A stretch of 64,000 bases of DNA, taken from NCBI GenBank assembly GCA_963675595.2, contig CAXXLZ010000002.1, forward strand, positions 3,680,001-3,744,000, read 5' to 3'. The stretch comes from Thermodesulfobacteriota bacterium. Its GTDB lineage: Bacteria > Desulfobacterota > Desulfarculia > JACQYL01. Below, piece by piece: positions 59,623 to 64,000 of the stretch; positions within the stretch are counted from its first letter, which is position 1; each line of letters starts with the position of its first letter. Under the pieces are notes generated by a model that was not told the DNA's origin, did no database searches, and saw nothing but the letters and a program-made list of their open reading frames with translations. The position numbers and the translations under genes are program-made.

Positions 59623-60411
59623 TCAAGGATTGGGGTGCGCGGATTTCTTCGCAATAAGGGCGGCTCCCAGGGCTCCCACGTGATCCACCTTGTCGGGAAT
59701 CATCAGCCGCAGATTCAGCAACTCCTCGAAGGCGCGCATTACGCCTTGATTCCGGGCCACTCCCCCGCAGAACATCACCCGTTCTTCCACTCCGACGCGG
59801 TGAAGCATGTTGGCGACCCTCTCACAGACCGCCAGGTGAGCGGCACGGATGATGTCCTCTTTGGCCGCGCCTTGAGAAAACAATGAAATCATTTCCGATT
59901 CGGCGAATACCGCGCAGATGCTGCTGACTCGAAGCTGTTTCTCGGATTTGGCCGAGAGTTCTCCCAGATCATCCAGGCTGATCCCGAAGACGCCTGCGAG
60001 CATTTCCAGAAAGCGTCCCGTTCCGGCCGCGCATTTGTCGTTCATGGCGAAATTCAGGACATTCCCCTTCCCATCCACCGAAATGACCTTGGAATCCTGA
60101 CCGCCGATGTCGATGATCGATCGGACGTCCCTGCTGAGAAAATTAGCTCCCATTCCGTAGCAGGTAATCTCAGTGACCGCCCGTTGAGCAAAACCGATGC
60201 TTTTTCTTCCGTAGCCCGTGGCCACGATAAAGGATATGTCCTGCTGCTCGATGCCGAGTTCCTTTAGAGCGTGATCCAGGACCTCACGACTCGAACGAAG
60301 GATATCTCCTCCGGTGAGAGTCCTGTGATAGGCAAGAACCTCGTTTTGCTCATTGATGATCACGAATTCAGTGGTGGAAGAACCGGAATCGATGCCGCCG
60401 AATATGGCCAT
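59623..60411 (-). CDS. 2-hydroxyacyl-CoA dehydratase activase (HgdC-like ATPase)
   Basis: GIDSGS, ATGYGR, IDIGGQD, MNDKCAAGTG and CAVFAESE motifs. Confidence 0.92.
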   Translation of the reverse strand: MAIFGGIDSGSSTTEFVIINEQNEVLAYHRTLTGGDILRSSREVLDHALKELGIEQQDISFIVATGYGRKSIGFAQRAVTEITCYGMGANFLSRDVRSIIDIGGQDSKVISVDGKGNVLNFAMNDKCAAGTGRFLEMLAGVFGISLDDLGELSAKSEKQLRVSSICAVFAESEMISLFSQGAAKEDIIRAAHLAVCERVANMLHRVGVEERVMFCGGVARNQGVMRAFEELLNLRLMIPDKVDHVGALGAALIAKKSAHPNP

Positions 60412-60647
60412 GCCGTGCGCCTCCTTTGCCGATGACTCGCGTTCTCCGGTTTCAGAGAACGGCGCTCGTCAGCTAAACCACATTGCCGAAGGAATCTCAA
60501 GTGATTGCTCAAACGGATCGCGCGCGTGCGAAGCGTCCCGGGCGCCGGGGCACCGGGCGTCTTGACCTTTTCCGGCGATTGGGTCAGGATGGCCGACGGA
60601 CTACGGGGACCGGCTTGAACCGGATATCCGAACTTGAAGGAATACGC

Positions 60648-61070
60648 ATGAGTTCATACCAAACCGTGAGCAAAGACATTGAATTGCGCCAACGTGACTT
60701 CGACGTCATGAGACATGTGAACAACTCCATATTGTTCACCTACTTCGAAGAGGGAAGGAAGGAATTCTTCTCCCAAGTCTTCGGGATTGTCGATCCGGTT
60801 CAGTATGATTTTATTTTGGCGCACATTCGATGTGATTTCGTACTGCCGATCTTGATCGACGACCCCATCCGACTGGAAATCTGGATGGGGAAGATCGGCA
60901 CCAAGAGTTTCAATTTCAAGTACCGGTTGAGGCATCGGACGGACGCTTCGATCGTCTATGCCGTGGCGGAGTCGGTGCAGGTTGCCTACGACTACGAAAA
61001 GAGTCGGACCAAGGAGGTCTCACAGGAATTCCGTGGGAGGGTGGCGGCATATCAAGAACAGGCCTCCTGA
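60648..61070 (+). CDS. Acyl-CoA thioesterase (4HBT/hotdog)
   Basis: DFDVMRHVNNS...YFEEGR motif. Confidence 0.88.
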   Translation: MSSYQTVSKDIELRQRDFDVMRHVNNSILFTYFEEGRKEFFSQVFGIVDPVQYDFILAHIRCDFVLPILIDDPIRLEIWMGKIGTKSFNFKYRLRHRTDASIVYAVAESVQVAYDYEKSRTKEVSQEFRGRVAAYQEQAS

Positions 61071-61237
61071 CGTGCTTCCTCGGAGGGATGCGGGTCCTGT
61101 TGGTTGTCTCCCTCCGGGTCACACCGGGGCTGATTCGGCAGTGCACGCGGAACCCGGCCCGGACGTTGTTTGACCGTCCCCCATCGTCCCGTTCTCACTC
61201 TGTCGCCTCGTTTTCATACCAATTTCCGGAGTAGGGC

Positions 61238-61666
61238 ATGAACCTGTATGTCGTATCCATCCTGCTCACTATTTTGGCCAACGCTTCCTACCACATCTGC
61301 CAGAAATCCATTGCTCCCGGCGCCAATCCCCTTCTATCCATGGCGGCGACCTACACAACCGCCCTAGCGGCCACCCTCATCGCACTTCCGGTGTTTGGAG
61401 GGGATTCCGTGTCCGTGGAAGGATTTCGCGCGTTGAATTGGGCCAGTTTCGCCTTGGGGTTGGCGATTTTCCTTTTCGAGATCAGCTTCCTGCTGACCTA
61501 TCGCTCCGGTTGGAACCTGAGCATCGCGGGCCTCTATTCCAATGTGGCGGCGGGTATCCTGCTGGTCCCCATCGGACTGCTCTGCTTCAAAGAAACCCTT
61601 ACACCCAGGAATGTGTTGGGTATTGTCCTCGCATTGGCGGGTATTTATCTCATGAGCCGGGACTAG
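61238..61666 (+). CDS. EamA/DMT-family small membrane protein
   Basis: Five TM segments; YHICQK and YRSGWNLS motifs. Confidence 0.8.
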   Translation: MNLYVVSILLTILANASYHICQKSIAPGANPLLSMAATYTTALAATLIALPVFGGDSVSVEGFRALNWASFALGLAIFLFEISFLLTYRSGWNLSIAGLYSNVAAGILLVPIGLLCFKETLTPRNVLGIVLALAGIYLMSRD

Positions 61667-61776
61667 CGTAGAACGGCATGAATTCATCATGCGAGGGATT
61701 GCCGTTTGAGACGGTCTCCCAGTCTCCAGGTTACACTGAAGAGCTGCCGAGATGGGGCGCCCGCCCGCCGCTGAGT

Positions 61777-63225
61777 CTATTCCGTATCTTCTGCGGTCGA
61801 CGAGACGATTTCGACATGAGACGGCGTCAACACCACCACGGGTTCCATGCTGCGGAGGGAACCGAAAACCGTGCGCCTGAAGCGCCCTCGTTTCAGGATG
61901 AGGTGAGCCGTTTCCAAAATGGGGTGGAGTCTTCCCGGGGCGTCGCTTTGATTCAGGAAGGGGATGCGTTCCGCATCCGGAGGGCTGCTTTTGAACAGGC
62001 CCTCGGGATGAGCGGCCAAGGCGGCCGTCGCGTCCGGGGTTACCATGGCGCCCATAGGAATTCCGGATAGACGCGCGAATCGCTCCGGAGCGAAAACCGT
62101 TTCGGCGTCCAGTGGACGGTAGAGGGCGGAGAGTCCCATCACTCCCACAACCAGGCTGGTTCCTTCGGGAACGACGGGCTCGTGTTCGCGGGGGGCTTTT
62201 AGGGACCGCCGCGCCGCGCCGTCGGCCTCGACGATGACATGGGCGTCCTCGGCTTCGCGAAAAAGTCGGCTGAAAGCGGCGGGATTCAACCCCGTGACCT
62301 TGCCCACGGGGAGCATTCGGTCGGCCAGTGTTACATGTCCGTATCGATGCAGGAGGTTCGATAGAAGACCCCTGGAGACGGCCTTACCCTCGAGCAGTTC
62401 AAGGTGCGGGGACTGTTCCGGTTCGGGGGGATAGATGCGCGTGGACGTGGTGGTAATCACCGGGCGGCCCGAATTCACCAACTCCCGGGCCAATGCGTAC
62501 ATGAGAGCGGTCTTTCCTCCCGCCCCTACCAAGGCGACTCGGCGGTGGTGTTGCAGTCCGAACGCTTCTATCAGGTTATCCTTGGGACCCAAAGGTTCCC
62601 ATGTAACGGTGCATCCGGCTTGCTCTTCAAGTCTACGAAGGTCTTCCACCGTGTCCAAATCCATTACGGGCGTTTCCGGGAGGAAAACCGGCTCGATCCA
62701 TTCCGGGTGATTCCGCAGGAGGGAACGCGCTCCTTCGTCGCCTCCGAGTTCGATCAGGCGAGGGATCAGAGTTGCGTCGAAAACCACGGGATGGCTTCTC
62801 CGGGTATGCTGATAGGCGGCGCATACGGGCTTCGATGTGGACCGGAAAGAGTCCAAAACCCGGTTTACGGTTCTTGAGTCCAGGAAAGGCTGGTCGCCCA
62901 GTATCACCATGATGCCGTCGGGACGTCTTTCTCGGACTGAGCGGGCGCCCAAACCCAGGGAACTCCCCATTCCTTCTTGGGGTGCCGGGTTTTGGATCAC
63001 GGTGAGTTTGCTCCGGGCAAGGAAGCGAGCGAGGCGACTGCGGATGTCGGCGGCATGGAACCCCAGCACGAGAAGAACGTGGTCCAGGTCCGAGTCGAGA
63101 GCCGCCTCCAGGGTTATTTGAAGCAAGGGTTTGCCGTTGATCTTCAGAAGCTGTTTGGGGAGGCTCAACCGGCTTCCGGAGCCGGCTGCGAGAATAATGC
63201 CCGCCACTCGAGTTCTTTCGATCAT
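61777..63225 (-). CDS. MocA-like nucleotidyltransferase fused to YqeC (selenium-dependent molybdenum hydroxylase accessory protein)
   Basis: ILAAGSGSR..PKQLL, LGDQP and GDEGAR; then VGAGGKT, TTSTRI and VEADGA...KAP..HEPV. Confidence 0.88.
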   Translation of the reverse strand: MIERTRVAGIILAAGSGSRLSLPKQLLKINGKPLLQITLEAALDSDLDHVLLVLGFHAADIRSRLARFLARSKLTVIQNPAPQEGMGSSLGLGARSVRERRPDGIMVILGDQPFLDSRTVNRVLDSFRSTSKPVCAAYQHTRRSHPVVFDATLIPRLIELGGDEGARSLLRNHPEWIEPVFLPETPVMDLDTVEDLRRLEEQAGCTVTWEPLGPKDNLIEAFGLQHHRRVALVGAGGKTALMYALARELVNSGRPVITTTSTRIYPPEPEQSPHLELLEGKAVSRGLLSNLLHRYGHVTLADRMLPVGKVTGLNPAAFSRLFREAEDAHVIVEADGAARRSLKAPREHEPVVPEGTSLVVGVMGLSALYRPLDAETVFAPERFARLSGIPMGAMVTPDATAALAAHPEGLFKSSPPDAERIPFLNQSDAPGRLHPILETAHLILKRGRFRRTVFGSLRSMEPVVVLTPSHVEIVSSTAEDTE

Positions 63226-63836
63226 GGGACGCACACCACGAAAGGCTTGATTCGGTCGTATTGGGCGGAAGTGAGAATCTTGTCCTCTTTCAGCTGTTGG
63301 AGATTCCGAATCGGACGGTGCGTCCGGAGATATTCCCGTACCCTCCGAAGCCGAGCTTCGGACAAATAGGGGAGAGCCTCCAGCTCTTCATAGGAGCATC
63401 GGTTCAGGTCCAGAGGCATGCCGAGCAGTATTCGGTACCGCGTCTCCATCGTTCCCATGTGCAACTTGGAAACGCCTTCTTCGGAAACCGTGAGCTCGAC
63501 GCGGCTGCCGTGCGGAATCCGGCCGGGAATACCGTCCACGATCACCGGCCGAGTATCGCCGAATCCCGCCGCTTCCAGGAGGGCTTGAGGTGCCGGGGGG
63601 GCGTCGAAAAGGTAGACCCGGGGCTCTTGACGGGGCAAAGCCAATTCCACCGCCACCTTCGGGCCGGGTTCGATTCTTCCGCCGTCGTCGGTCGGCTGCG
63701 GCTGGAACCAGGGAGAAAAGCGATAGGCCAGGAGGAGGCAGGCCGTGAGGATTACGGGTGCACGGAGAGCGGTGTGCGAGCCGGTACGGGATTCCCGGTC
63801 GGTCGGTCTCTTGAAGATGGTGTTCAACATGAACAT
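63222..63836 (-). CDS. ComEA-like helix-hairpin-helix membrane protein
   Basis: TM segment; PLDLNRCSYEELEALP motif. Confidence 0.72.
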   Translation of the reverse strand: MFMLNTIFKRPTDRESRTGSHTALRAPVILTACLLLAYRFSPWFQPQPTDDGGRIEPGPKVAVELALPRQEPRVYLFDAPPAPQALLEAAGFGDTRPVIVDGIPGRIPHGSRVELTVSEEGVSKLHMGTMETRYRILLGMPLDLNRCSYEELEALPYLSEARLRRVREYLRTHRPIRNLQQLKEDKILTSAQYDRIKPFVVCVP

Positions 63837-64000
63837 GTATTATACTAATTTGTTTATATCTTGGGCATAGTATGTTGCCCCGCCTGCGAAAGGGACCCGC
63901 CGCCGTTCGTGAAACGGTGCTTGGTGAACCGGGCGCCCTGCCTGAAGCGCAGATCCGCAGGAATTCGAGGCGATATCCACTCTGAAGGGAGTATTGGGCC

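Noticed and set aside
63870-64000. Possible structured ncRNA (6S-like) at the window end
   Set aside because: Some hairpins are present but the region is truncated by the window edge and has no diagnostic motif.

Overview
GC-rich bacterial chromosomal window; the gene content points to an anaerobic Desulfobacterota/Syntrophobacterales-like organism (inference). Core regions carry: a secreted GH-A-like hydrolase; a sigma54-driven motA-motB-LPP20-OmpA stator cluster with a divergent diguanylate cyclase; a three-component corrinoid methyltransferase cluster; acyl-CoA metabolism genes; TetR-etfB-etfA with a FadR-type operator; prmA-rsmE; a PTS-IIA/PII-like/antiporter/CBS cluster; and a MocA-YqeC fusion. 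Intergenic spaces are mosaics of several REP/MITE-like repeat families. Two features stand out. (1) An intact IS110-family (IS1111-type) element at 18756-20150. Its 3' non-coding end contains a readable bridge/seek RNA whose guide loops match its own circle junction and the REP-like palindrome it invaded, and circularisation would create a TTGACT-N17-TACCAT promoter. (2) An integrase-less accessory island (~26.8-39.2 kb). Its cargo (secreted protein, AT-rich metallophosphoesterase, Dsr1 anti-phage sirtuin, BrnT/BrnA remnant, IS1182) is punctuated by three copies of a ~420-bp structured non-coding repeat, two copies of a ~455-bp repeat, attC-like sites and a duplicated 3' end of the flanking amidase gene. 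No rRNA, tRNA or CRISPR array was recognised.
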